Below the pieces are notes generated by a model. That model did not search any database. It saw only the letters and a program-made list of their open reading frames with translations, and was not told where the DNA came from. DNA of 64,000 bases, taken from NCBI GenBank assembly GCA_019058365.1, contig JAHPZE010000015.1, positions 1 to 64,000 on the forward strand, in the 5' to 3' direction. This document shows positions 52,160 through 60,740 of this stretch, piece after piece (position 1 is the stretch's first letter; the number at the start of each line of letters is the position of its first letter). The translations under genes were made by a program, and so were the position numbers. This stretch comes from Promethearchaeota archaeon. GTDB taxonomy: Archaea; Asgardarchaeota; Lokiarchaeia; Sigyniarchaeales; SOKP01.

Positions 52160-52555
52160 TCAAGTGGAATTAGCTTCACTATTGACTCTATTCGGTGAAT
52201 TTAACGCTTTATTAACACTCGTAATTAATTCTTCATGAGTAAAAGGTTTCTTTAAAAAGATAGAAGCTCCAATAGAAATCGCTTCATTTTTAATGCTATT
52301 ATCAGCACTTGCAAAAATAATTTTTGATTTTTTTTTTAAGCTTAGAATTTCCTTTGCTGCTTCTAATCCATTTTTAACCGGCATTCGATAATCTAATAAA
52401 ATGATATCTGGTTTTTCTGATAAAGATTTGAAAATACTAATTGCTATTTCTCCATTATTCGCTTTTTCAATAATATCAAAACCTTTTGATTTTAACATCA
52501 ACTCATACATTCTTTGTAAATCTAAATCATCCTCAACAATAAAGATACTTGTTAT
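52160..52555 (-). CDS. Single-domain response regulator with ATA start (ORF track truncates at 52510)
   Basis: Upstream frame adds ITSIFIVEDDLDLQR, which carries the essential acidic pocket; GAGGTGAT SD precedes ATA 52555; in-frame TGA at 52562-52564. Confidence 0.85.
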   Translation of the reverse strand: MTSIFIVEDDLDLQRMYELMLKSKGFDIIEKANNGEIAISIFKSLSEKPDIILLDYRMPVKNGLEAAKEILSLKKKSKIIFASADNSIKNEAISIGASIFLKKPFTHEELITSVNKALNSPNRVNSEANST

Positions 52556-52556
52556 T

Positions 52557-54422
52557 TTATATCACCTCAGGGATCAAGAAAATAACATTACTTCCTCTCG
52601 AATAATCACCTTTAACTCTATCTTCCACCCAAATTCTACCATCATAACTCTCAATTATTGTTTTGACTAAAAACAACCCTAATCCTATTCTGCATAAAGC
52701 GTTTGCTTCATTATATCCTAAAAATATTGTCTTCTTCCATTCATCAGGAATTCCTACACCATTATCCATAAATTTAAATTTTAAATATTTTTTTCGATTT
52801 ACTATTTCACTAGTAATTTTAATAGAAATTTCTACCTTTTTGTTTTGATTATGTATTACTGCGTTAGTCAAAATATTGTTAAAAGCATCTTCTATTAACT
52901 CATTTGCTTGAATTTTTGTTTTTTCATTAAAAATATCTAGATCTACATTTATTTCTCGATTTAAAAAGGAAGTTTTCAAATGTTCTATTGACTTTTTCAA
53001 TGTATTTTGGACTTCGATTGGACAATTTAGCATTTTAATTCCTTCCAGCTGTGAAAGTCTTTGGACATTTAAAATCAATCTTGCTCCTCTTTCAATCTGA
53101 TTTTTAGAATGTTTCATTATTTCTTTGGATAATTCTCTATTATTAGATGTCCTAAGATCTTCTAAACATAATTCAGTAGCAGATAATAAATTCTGAAGTA
53201 TATTATTCATATCGTGCGTGAAAAGATCTTTATAAAAAATCGCTTGATTATATGCTTCACGGAATTTTTTTTCACTTTCTTTTAATTTTTGTTCGGCTTT
53301 CTTACGTTCTGTAATGTTGTGATTAATAGCCACAACACCAATAGGCTTTCCTTCGTCATCTTTAATAAGTGAGACTGATGATAATAGATTAAGCCACTTA
53401 CCATCTTTTCGTGGTTGAGTAACTTCACCTTCCCAATAACCATTTTTAAAAAATTGTTTCAGAACATCTTCTTGAGTATTATTAGGATATTTTACTGTAA
53501 TTGTATCCATTACATTTTTCCCTATGATTTCCTCAGCCTTCCAGCTATATATCCTTTCTGCTGCATTATTCCAGCTAATAATATTGAAATCTAAATCAGT
53601 TGAGATAATCGCGTCAGACACGTTATCAACTAACATAGCTTGATATTTAATTTTTTCTTCTGCTTTCTTACCTTCTGTTATATCACTAATTGTCGCAATC
53701 ATTTTTGGTGTTCCATCGATATTTATAATACAACCCCTTACCATACAAAAAACATAATGACCATCTTTATGTTTTGTTCTAAATTCCATTGAAACAATAT
53801 TTCTGGTTACTTTTGCCTCTTCAAATACTTTTTTAACAGTTGTTATATCATCAGGGTGTATAAATTGAAATCCATCTACTCCAGTAGATTCTTCAGCCGT
53901 AAATCCTGTAATATTAAATATTTGTGGACTTACATATGTTCGTGTCCCATCAAGATTGCTTTCTATGATTGCTTCAGTGATATTATTAACTAGATTTCTA
54001 TATTTTGCTTCAGATTTTTTTAATTTTTTCTTTATATTATATCTCTCGATTGCATAATTTATAGAACGTTTAAGTAATATAGAATTAACTTGTCCTTTAA
54101 CTAAATAATCTTCTGCTCCAATTTTTACTGCGTCAATAGCTAATTCTAAATCATCTGTACCTGTCAAGACAATTATTGGAATATTTTGAGCTTTTTCAAG
54201 CATCATTTTTAATGTATCAAAACCACTACTGTCAGGTAACCTCAAATCTAATAAGATTAGATTAAAATCAACTTGAGAGAGCTGTTCTATACCTTGGGTT
54301 AAATTATCAATATGGGCTATTTCAAATTTGTCCAAACCTAATTCTTTATTCATTTCCAATATTATTCTAACGTCTCCAAGATTATCTTCAATCAGTAATA
54401 TATTAATAGATTTAAATTTCAT
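52557..54422 (-). CDS. REC + 2 PAS + histidine kinase
   Basis: REC N-terminus; FIHPDD PAS; THDMNN H-box, NILTNA, DNGVGI, GLGL. Confidence 0.92.
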   Translation of the reverse strand: MKFKSINILLIEDNLGDVRIILEMNKELGLDKFEIAHIDNLTQGIEQLSQVDFNLILLDLRLPDSSGFDTLKMMLEKAQNIPIIVLTGTDDLELAIDAVKIGAEDYLVKGQVNSILLKRSINYAIERYNIKKKLKKSEAKYRNLVNNITEAIIESNLDGTRTYVSPQIFNITGFTAEESTGVDGFQFIHPDDITTVKKVFEEAKVTRNIVSMEFRTKHKDGHYVFCMVRGCIINIDGTPKMIATISDITEGKKAEEKIKYQAMLVDNVSDAIISTDLDFNIISWNNAAERIYSWKAEEIIGKNVMDTITVKYPNNTQEDVLKQFFKNGYWEGEVTQPRKDGKWLNLLSSVSLIKDDEGKPIGVVAINHNITERKKAEQKLKESEKKFREAYNQAIFYKDLFTHDMNNILQNLLSATELCLEDLRTSNNRELSKEIMKHSKNQIERGARLILNVQRLSQLEGIKMLNCPIEVQNTLKKSIEHLKTSFLNREINVDLDIFNEKTKIQANELIEDAFNNILTNAVIHNQNKKVEISIKITSEIVNRKKYLKFKFMDNGVGIPDEWKKTIFLGYNEANALCRIGLGLFLVKTIIESYDGRIWVEDRVKGDYSRGSNVIFLIPEVI

Positions 54423-54900
54423 TTTTTACCTCCTTATTATAATAGTGATTATTTTGAATTGATGGTAATTGTGCAATATTAAGCCAAAAGTCGCCAATAC
54501 TACTAATAATTTCAATGAATTTTAACATGCCTATTGGTTTAGTAATATAGCAGTTCGCTTGTAAATTGTATGCAGTTAAAATATCGTTATAAGAGTGTGA
54601 TGTTGTTAATACAACTACAGGAATTCTTCGTAGTAAAGTATGATTTTTAATTTCAGTAAGAACTTCTCTACCATCCTTTCGGGGCAAATTAAGATCCAAT
54701 AGAATTAAATTTGGATAATTTGATTGCTTATATTTACCTCTTTTATATAAATAAGCTACTGCTTCTTCACCATTTTGTACAATATTTAGATTAATGTTAA
54801 AATTTGATTCTCTAATTGCTTCAATCGTTAACCTAATATCACCGGGATTATCTTCAACTAATAGTAATTCAATTGACTTTTTTTTTCTAGCAACACTCAT
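54412..54900 (-). CDS. Single-domain response regulator (Rcp1-like)
   Basis: [32 protein letters not shown]. Confidence 0.92.
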   Translation of the reverse strand: MSVARKKKSIELLLVEDNPGDIRLTIEAIRESNFNINLNIVQNGEEAVAYLYKRGKYKQSNYPNLILLDLNLPRKDGREVLTEIKNHTLLRRIPVVVLTTSHSYNDILTAYNLQANCYITKPIGMLKFIEIISSIGDFWLNIAQLPSIQNNHYYNKEVKNEI

Positions 54901-54948
54901 TATTCTGCGATAATTTTTTCTCTTGTTTTTATTTTATCTTCCATTTAA

Positions 54949-55389
54949 TTACTTTTTGTGTCCATCTGGAGGTAATTTCACTATACTAAACCAAAAATTA
55001 CCTATTGACTTAACAACTTTTATAAATTGTTCTATATCTACTGGTTTTGTAATAAAACAATTAGCATAAAGCTCATATGATTTTATAATGTCTTCATCAG
55101 CAGAGGATGTAGTAAGAATGACAACAGGTATTCTTTTTAATGGGTCTTCCTTCTTTATTTCTTCTAATACCTCACGACCATCTTTTTTTGGTAAATTCAA
55201 ATCTAATAGAATTAAATCAGGGCGAGGTTTTCTTTCATATTTATCCTCTTTTCTCAAAAATGCTAAAGCCTCTATTCCATCCTCGACAATATGAAGATTA
55301 TTGAAAATTTTACTCTCATTTAAGGCTTCAACAGTCAATCGAACGTCACCAGGATTATCTTCAACCAATAGAATCTCAACGGGAATCAT
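54949..55389 (-). CDS. Single-domain response regulator (Rcp1-like), near-identical to 60233..60706
   Basis: [28 protein letters not shown]. Confidence 0.92.
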   Translation of the reverse strand: MIPVEILLVEDNPGDVRLTVEALNESKIFNNLHIVEDGIEALAFLRKEDKYERKPRPDLILLDLNLPKKDGREVLEEIKKEDPLKRIPVVILTTSSADEDIIKSYELYANCFITKPVDIEQFIKVVKSIGNFWFSIVKLPPDGHKK

Positions 55390-55451
55390 TTTTTTTTACC
55401 TTACTCACTTTTTTTATTTAATTTTTATATTTATATTCTTTTATTATTATT

Positions 55452-57596
55452 TTAGTTATAACTATTAAATTTCTTTTTTGGAATGGAAAAATAGAACGTG
55501 GAGCCCTTATCTTTTTCTGATTCTACCCAAATTTTTCCTCCATGACGTTGAACTATTTTTTTACATACAGCTAATCCAATTCCAGTCCCTCCATATTCAT
55601 CCTTTTTATGGAGGCGCTGAAAAATTATAAAAATACGATCAAAATATTGCGAATCTATTCCTATCCCATTATCTTTAACACTGAATTCCCAAGAATTCTC
55701 TTTTACTTCTCCAGTTATATGAACCATCGGAATCTCTGAGGTATTGAACTTGATTGCATTAGAAATTAAATTCTGAAATAGCTGAGTCATTTGTGAATCA
55801 TCGGCTATAATTACTGGAAGAGGATCACATGTTACCTCCGCATTTGATTCTGTAATTAAAGTAGATAAATCAATTTTTACCGATTCAAGAATTACATTCA
55901 TATCAGTTGCTTTAAAGGGTTTACCACGCGTTCCTACCCTTGAATATAATAATAAATCATTTATTAACCCCTGCATTCTTATAGCACCATCTGCAGCATA
56001 ATTTATGAAATCATTTGCATCATTATCTAATTTATCCTTATATCTTCTCTGCAATAATTGAGTAAAACTTGCTACCATCCTTAATGGTTCTTGAAGATCA
56101 TGTGATGCTACATAAGCAAATTGTTCTAATTCTGCATTTGAACGTTTTAAATCTTCCATTAAAATTTTTAATTCTTGTTCAATATTTTTAAGTTTTGTAA
56201 TGTCGATATTTGTTGTAACAATATTTTTAATAACACCTTTTTCATCTATATTTGAATATCCATTAACCAATATCCATTTAACATAGTCATTTTTGGGAGA
56301 GACTATTCCACCGATATAATCTTTCAAGGGTTTTTTCGATGAAAGAATTAAATTTGCAGGATATTCTTCTTGAGGGATAATTGTATGATCTTCTTTTATA
56401 AAATTCCATTCCTTATCGATGGTTTTTTTACCTACCATCTGATCATAAGTGAGTTCCAGTAATTCTTCAGCTTTTTTATTACACGAAATTACACTTGTAT
56501 CAGCATCATGAACAACGATTCCTACAGGTAAATTTTCGAGTAAAAAGCGATATTTTTCTTCGCTTTCTTTTAATTCTTTTGTTCTTTTCTCAATTAGGAT
56601 TTCAAGCCCTTCTTCCATTATCAATCTAAGTATTACACTTCCCACTTCCTTTCCAATTGCTTGAAGTATGGTTCTTTCTTCTTTAGTAAAGGTATGGTTT
56701 TCTGAATTGATTACATTCAATGCTCCTATGATTTTTCCTGCTGTTGTTATAGGAATAATCGCAAGTGCAGAATTTTTCCACTTTTTAGAGAGTTCTGGTT
56801 CAAATTCTTTATTATTCTCTGTAAAAATTGCATTCCCCTCAACTAAAACAATTCTATAAGGCATTGAATCATAAGAGATACATTTTACCGTTTCAATAAA
56901 CTCAGAAGGCAGACCTTTATGATAGAAAATATTAGCCACTCTCTCCTCCTCATCATTTAGATATAATGCTCCTCCAGTAATATTCATTAAATTTAACACT
57001 ATATCCACTAATTTTTCACTGAAATAATTCAAATTCTCAGCATCGTTTCCCAATTTGATAATTTTATTTAAGATCTCTAATCTATTGTTAAAAAGTATAA
57101 CTTTTCTTTCCATTTTTTTCTTTACAGTTATGTCTTGAACTATTCCTTCATATCCTATAAATTGACCTTCTTGATTTTTTAATAATCTAGTATTTTCCAA
57201 AATCCACTTTTTATTACCGTCTTTATCATAGATTTTTGATTCAAAATCAGAAACAAAACCGTTTTTTTTTATTAATTTTTTAAAATTATCTCGATTATTA
57301 GAATCTCCATATATTTGAGAATCAATATTATATATACTCTTAATAAGTTCGTTAGGGGTATCATAACCTAGAATTTTTGCCATATTGGGGTTTGCTATTT
57401 TATAGCGATTGCCACCTGTACTCTGATAAATACCCAATATACTATTCTTAAAGATATTCTGATAATTCTCTTGTGTTTGTTCTAACTCAAGAGTTAAAGC
57501 GATCATTCCTTTGTTTGATGCTATTAACTCTTCAGTTAATTCATCAATAATCTTTTGTTGTTTTTTGAGTTCCTTTTTTAAACTTTCTTTCCTCAT
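55452..57596 (-). CDS. PAS-GAF-PAS histidine kinase
   Basis: SHDLQEPLR, NLISNAIKF, DNGIGI, GTGIGLA; N-terminal coiled coil. Confidence 0.92.
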   Translation of the reverse strand: MRKESLKKELKKQQKIIDELTEELIASNKGMIALTLELEQTQENYQNIFKNSILGIYQSTGGNRYKIANPNMAKILGYDTPNELIKSIYNIDSQIYGDSNNRDNFKKLIKKNGFVSDFESKIYDKDGNKKWILENTRLLKNQEGQFIGYEGIVQDITVKKKMERKVILFNNRLEILNKIIKLGNDAENLNYFSEKLVDIVLNLMNITGGALYLNDEEERVANIFYHKGLPSEFIETVKCISYDSMPYRIVLVEGNAIFTENNKEFEPELSKKWKNSALAIIPITTAGKIIGALNVINSENHTFTKEERTILQAIGKEVGSVILRLIMEEGLEILIEKRTKELKESEEKYRFLLENLPVGIVVHDADTSVISCNKKAEELLELTYDQMVGKKTIDKEWNFIKEDHTIIPQEEYPANLILSSKKPLKDYIGGIVSPKNDYVKWILVNGYSNIDEKGVIKNIVTTNIDITKLKNIEQELKILMEDLKRSNAELEQFAYVASHDLQEPLRMVASFTQLLQRRYKDKLDNDANDFINYAADGAIRMQGLINDLLLYSRVGTRGKPFKATDMNVILESVKIDLSTLITESNAEVTCDPLPVIIADDSQMTQLFQNLISNAIKFNTSEIPMVHITGEVKENSWEFSVKDNGIGIDSQYFDRIFIIFQRLHKKDEYGGTGIGLAVCKKIVQRHGGKIWVESEKDKGSTFYFSIPKKKFNSYN

Positions 57597-57630
57597 ATTG
57601 AATAAAAACGAATTGATTTTACTATACTAT

Positions 57631-58650
57631 TTAATTTAGACTTCTATTTTCTTTTATAACAATTATTGTGGCATCATCGTTATCTTTTGCTAAATTTTCT
57701 AACATATGATAAGCAATAAATCTTGCTGGTTCATTTAATAAATGAGAATAATCTATCCATCGCCATCTAGAGTTTATCCCATCAGAAAATAAAACCATAA
57801 TAAAGCCAGGTTCCCAATGATGTTTCATAACCCTAATTGTTGGTATAGTGCGTCCCACAAGACCTCTTTGAGTTATGAATGTCTCTTGCATTTTATTACC
57901 AAATGTACGCGCTTCAACGTTACCAACTCCCGTAAAGAAGACATCTTTATTTATTAAATCAAATCTTGCTAAAGCGATTACAATACCTCGCGAATGTCGG
58001 CACTCAATATGTAAACCACGAATGATCTGATTAAGAGGTTGATCAAAATTCTTTTTTATGTATTCTAATGCTATAGTTGTCGCTCTATTAGCCATTGGAC
58101 CATGCCCTAATCCATCAATCACGCTAATTAATACATTTTCCTTCCATCTTTTAATAATAAATGCATCACCGTTCACTTGAAATCCAGGATAAGGGCGAGA
58201 GACTCCACTAAAATCAAGGGGAAATATCACTTTTTTTATTACATCTTTTATCCATCGTTTGACAATAATATGAGTTCCAATACCTTTTCGAGAAATAATA
58301 TTGAAATTATCCATTAATCGGTTAATAGTTCCCAAACCAAAACCTAAACTACCAATTGTTGAAAAGCCATCAACGATTGCTAACTCAACATCTTCAATCC
58401 CCGGGCCATTGTCTATGGATTCTATTTGAATGCCTTTTTTACCTTGTTCTTCAATTGAAGTTATAATGATTTTTCCATCTTTAGCGTACTTGATTAAATT
58501 GGAAACTAATTCGCTTGCTGTAATTGCTATTTCTTCTATATCTTCTGCCTTGTTAAAACCAATTTGTTTTGCAATTATTCTTGATTTTTTCCTAGCTTTT
58601 ATCTTATCATTTGGATGACCTACTTCCATCGACCATTTTTCTTTTTCCAT
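57631..58650 (-). CDS. RsbT-like ATPase fused to a PP2C/SpoIIE phosphatase (RsbX-like)
   Basis: SELVSN, DNGPGI, GFGLG; NGD, IDGLGHG, FSDG, DDAT; ATG 58650 overlaps the rsbT stop. Confidence 0.88.
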   Translation of the reverse strand: MEKEKWSMEVGHPNDKIKARKKSRIIAKQIGFNKAEDIEEIAITASELVSNLIKYAKDGKIIITSIEEQGKKGIQIESIDNGPGIEDVELAIVDGFSTIGSLGFGLGTINRLMDNFNIISRKGIGTHIIVKRWIKDVIKKVIFPLDFSGVSRPYPGFQVNGDAFIIKRWKENVLISVIDGLGHGPMANRATTIALEYIKKNFDQPLNQIIRGLHIECRHSRGIVIALARFDLINKDVFFTGVGNVEARTFGNKMQETFITQRGLVGRTIPTIRVMKHHWEPGFIMVLFSDGINSRWRWIDYSHLLNEPARFIAYHMLENLAKDNDDATIIVIKENRSLN

Positions 58651-59060
58651 TAAGATTTTAACCACTTCTTAATAATTATTGTTGTACCTTTTCCTACTTC
58701 AGATGTAATCTTCATTTCGTCCATCAATCGTTTCACACCTGATAATCCCATTCCTTGACCATTTCCAGTAGAAAATCCTGGTTTCATTGCATTCTCAATA
58801 TCAGAGATACCAGGACCATTGTCTTTAAAATCCAATTGAATTCCTTTCTCATCATTATGTGTTAATATATTCCAAGTCATTACGCCATTCTTTGCATAGA
58901 TAACTATATTCCTACCTAATTCCGATGCTGCTGTTATGATACGAGTAATGTCAGTAGTACGGAAACCCATAGTCTCGGTTATTTTGCGTAATATCCTCCG
59001 AATTCGCACGAGCGCCGTTTCATTATTAATCTCTATTTCTCCTTTAATTTCACTATTCAA
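58650..59060 (-). CDS. rsbT: Stressosome serine/threonine kinase RsbT
   Basis: TAASELGRNI, DNGPGI, GFSTGNGQGMGLSGVKRLMDE, GKGT. Confidence 0.9.
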   Translation of the reverse strand: MNSEIKGEIEINNETALVRIRRILRKITETMGFRTTDITRIITAASELGRNIVIYAKNGVMTWNILTHNDEKGIQLDFKDNGPGISDIENAMKPGFSTGNGQGMGLSGVKRLMDEMKITSEVGKGTTIIIKKWLKS

Positions 59061-59127
59061 TATAATTTTCTCTCAAAAAAATTTTTAAAATCAAATTGAC
59101 ATTTTTATTTTGGTTTCTTAAACTGAA

Positions 59128-59487
59128 TTACAACTTTAATAATTCAAGACCTTTATCTACATTTAATACAAAGAGAGTATTACCGAGATTAAACCCTAAT
59201 TCTACCGTAGTAATGGCAACACTTGGATGCATTCCCGCAATAATCGTCTTAGCTCCCATTAGAGCCACCATTTGAGTTGTCTCAACAATCGTCCTTACAA
59301 AAAAAGAGTCTACAACTTCTACTGTTGAAATATCCAGAATTAATCCATTTACTTCATAATCTTCTAAATTTTGTAATATTTTTCTTTGTATAATCTCAAT
59401 TTCTTCAACACTGGCCTCCCATGGTATTTTTACCAATAAGACATCATGAATTTTATTGATTGAAACGGTTTCCTTTCCTTCTGGCAT
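59128..59487 (-). CDS. rsbS: Stressosome STAS protein RsbS
   Basis: LILDIS.VEVVDSF (phospho-Ser position), GMHPSVAIT.VELG. Confidence 0.9.
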   Translation of the reverse strand: MPEGKETVSINKIHDVLLVKIPWEASVEEIEIIQRKILQNLEDYEVNGLILDISTVEVVDSFFVRTIVETTQMVALMGAKTIIAGMHPSVAITTVELGFNLGNTLFVLNVDKGLELLKL

Positions 59488-59510
59488 TGAATATTTTGCA
59501 ACCTCTAAGA

Positions 59511-59957
59511 TTAATCTTTATTCGTGCTCACAATTTTTAATTCAAGAATGTCCAACGCCATCTTAACTCCTAGTGCTAAAGTCCGAGCTGTCATAATATC
59601 GGATAGAACTATGCCCAAATGAACTAATGTTTGTGCTATAGGGGGTTTTATCCCTGTTATAATCACCTTCGATCCTAAAAGGCGAACAGCAGAAACAGTA
59701 TCAATGATATGCTGAGACGTTCTGGAATCTACGGTTGGAACTCCAGTTATATCTATCAAAGCAACTTGTGCATCCTCTTTCATTATCTTTTCTAATAAGT
59801 TTTCCATAATCCGTTGCGTGCGCTCGGTGTCTAAAGTACCAATAATAGGAGCAACGATAAGACCATCAAATATTTTTACAATAGGGATCGAAGCTTCTAA
59901 GATTTCGTTAATTTTTTCCATCTTTATTTCCATCCTTTCTTTTAAATTTTCACTCAT
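59511..59957 (-). CDS. rsbR: Stressosome STAS protein RsbR, lacking a full N-terminal sensor domain
   Basis: PIIGTLDTERT, IDITGVPTVDS, RLLG...TGIKPPIAQTLVHLG; only about 25 aa before the STAS domain. Confidence 0.88.
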   Translation of the reverse strand: MSENLKERMEIKMEKINEILEASIPIVKIFDGLIVAPIIGTLDTERTQRIMENLLEKIMKEDAQVALIDITGVPTVDSRTSQHIIDTVSAVRLLGSKVIITGIKPPIAQTLVHLGIVLSDIMTARTLALGVKMALDILELKIVSTNKD

Positions 59958-60232
59958 AATTTCTCAACTAAAGTGTGTTTTTTTTTATATATTAGTTACA
60001 AGATTTTCAATTTAAACACTATATAAAAAAAACAATATTTAAGGTTTTACTTAAAATAAAAAAAGATTAATACTATAATATATTGTGGGATAAATCTGAA
60101 TAATAATAGTATATAAGGAAAAAAGTATTGTACTAAAAATAATGAAATAAACATTAAATTAATATTTTTTTTAGCAACACTCATTATTCTGAAAAATTTC
60201 TTTCTCTTGTTTCTATTTTTTCTTCCATTTAA

Positions 60233-60706
60233 TTACGTTTTGTGTCCATCTGGAGGTAATTTCACTATTCTAAACCAAAAATTACTTATAGCCTTAACAA
60301 CTTTTATAAATTGATTTATATCTACTGGCTTAGTAATAAAACAATTAGCATGATGGTCATATGTTTTCATAATATCTTCCTCAGCAGAGGATGAAGTAAG
60401 AATGACAACAGGTATTCTTTTCAATGGGTCTTCCTTCTTTATTTCTTCTAATACCTCACGACCATCTTTTTTTGGTAAATTCAAATCTAATAGAATTAAA
60501 TCAGGGCGAGGTTTTCTTTCATATTTATCCTCTTTTCTCAAAAATGCTAAAGCCTCTATTCCATCCTCGACAATATGAAGATTATTGAAAATTTTACTCT
60601 CATTTAAGGCTTCAACAGTCAATCGAACGTCACCAGGATTATCTTCAACTAATAGAATCTCAACGGGAATCTTTTTTTTTATCTTACTCATTTTCTTAAT
60701 ACTCAT
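60233..60706 (-). CDS. Single-domain response regulator (Rcp1-like), duplicate of 54949..55389
   Basis: Same motifs and near-identical DNA; start may be ATG 60691. Confidence 0.92.
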   Translation of the reverse strand: MSIKKMSKIKKKIPVEILLVEDNPGDVRLTVEALNESKIFNNLHIVEDGIEALAFLRKEDKYERKPRPDLILLDLNLPKKDGREVLEEIKKEDPLKRIPVVILTSSSAEEDIMKTYDHHANCFITKPVDINQFIKVVKAISNFWFRIVKLPPDGHKT

Positions 60707-60740
60707 ATATTAGCTTTGCACACCTTTATTATAGAGATTT

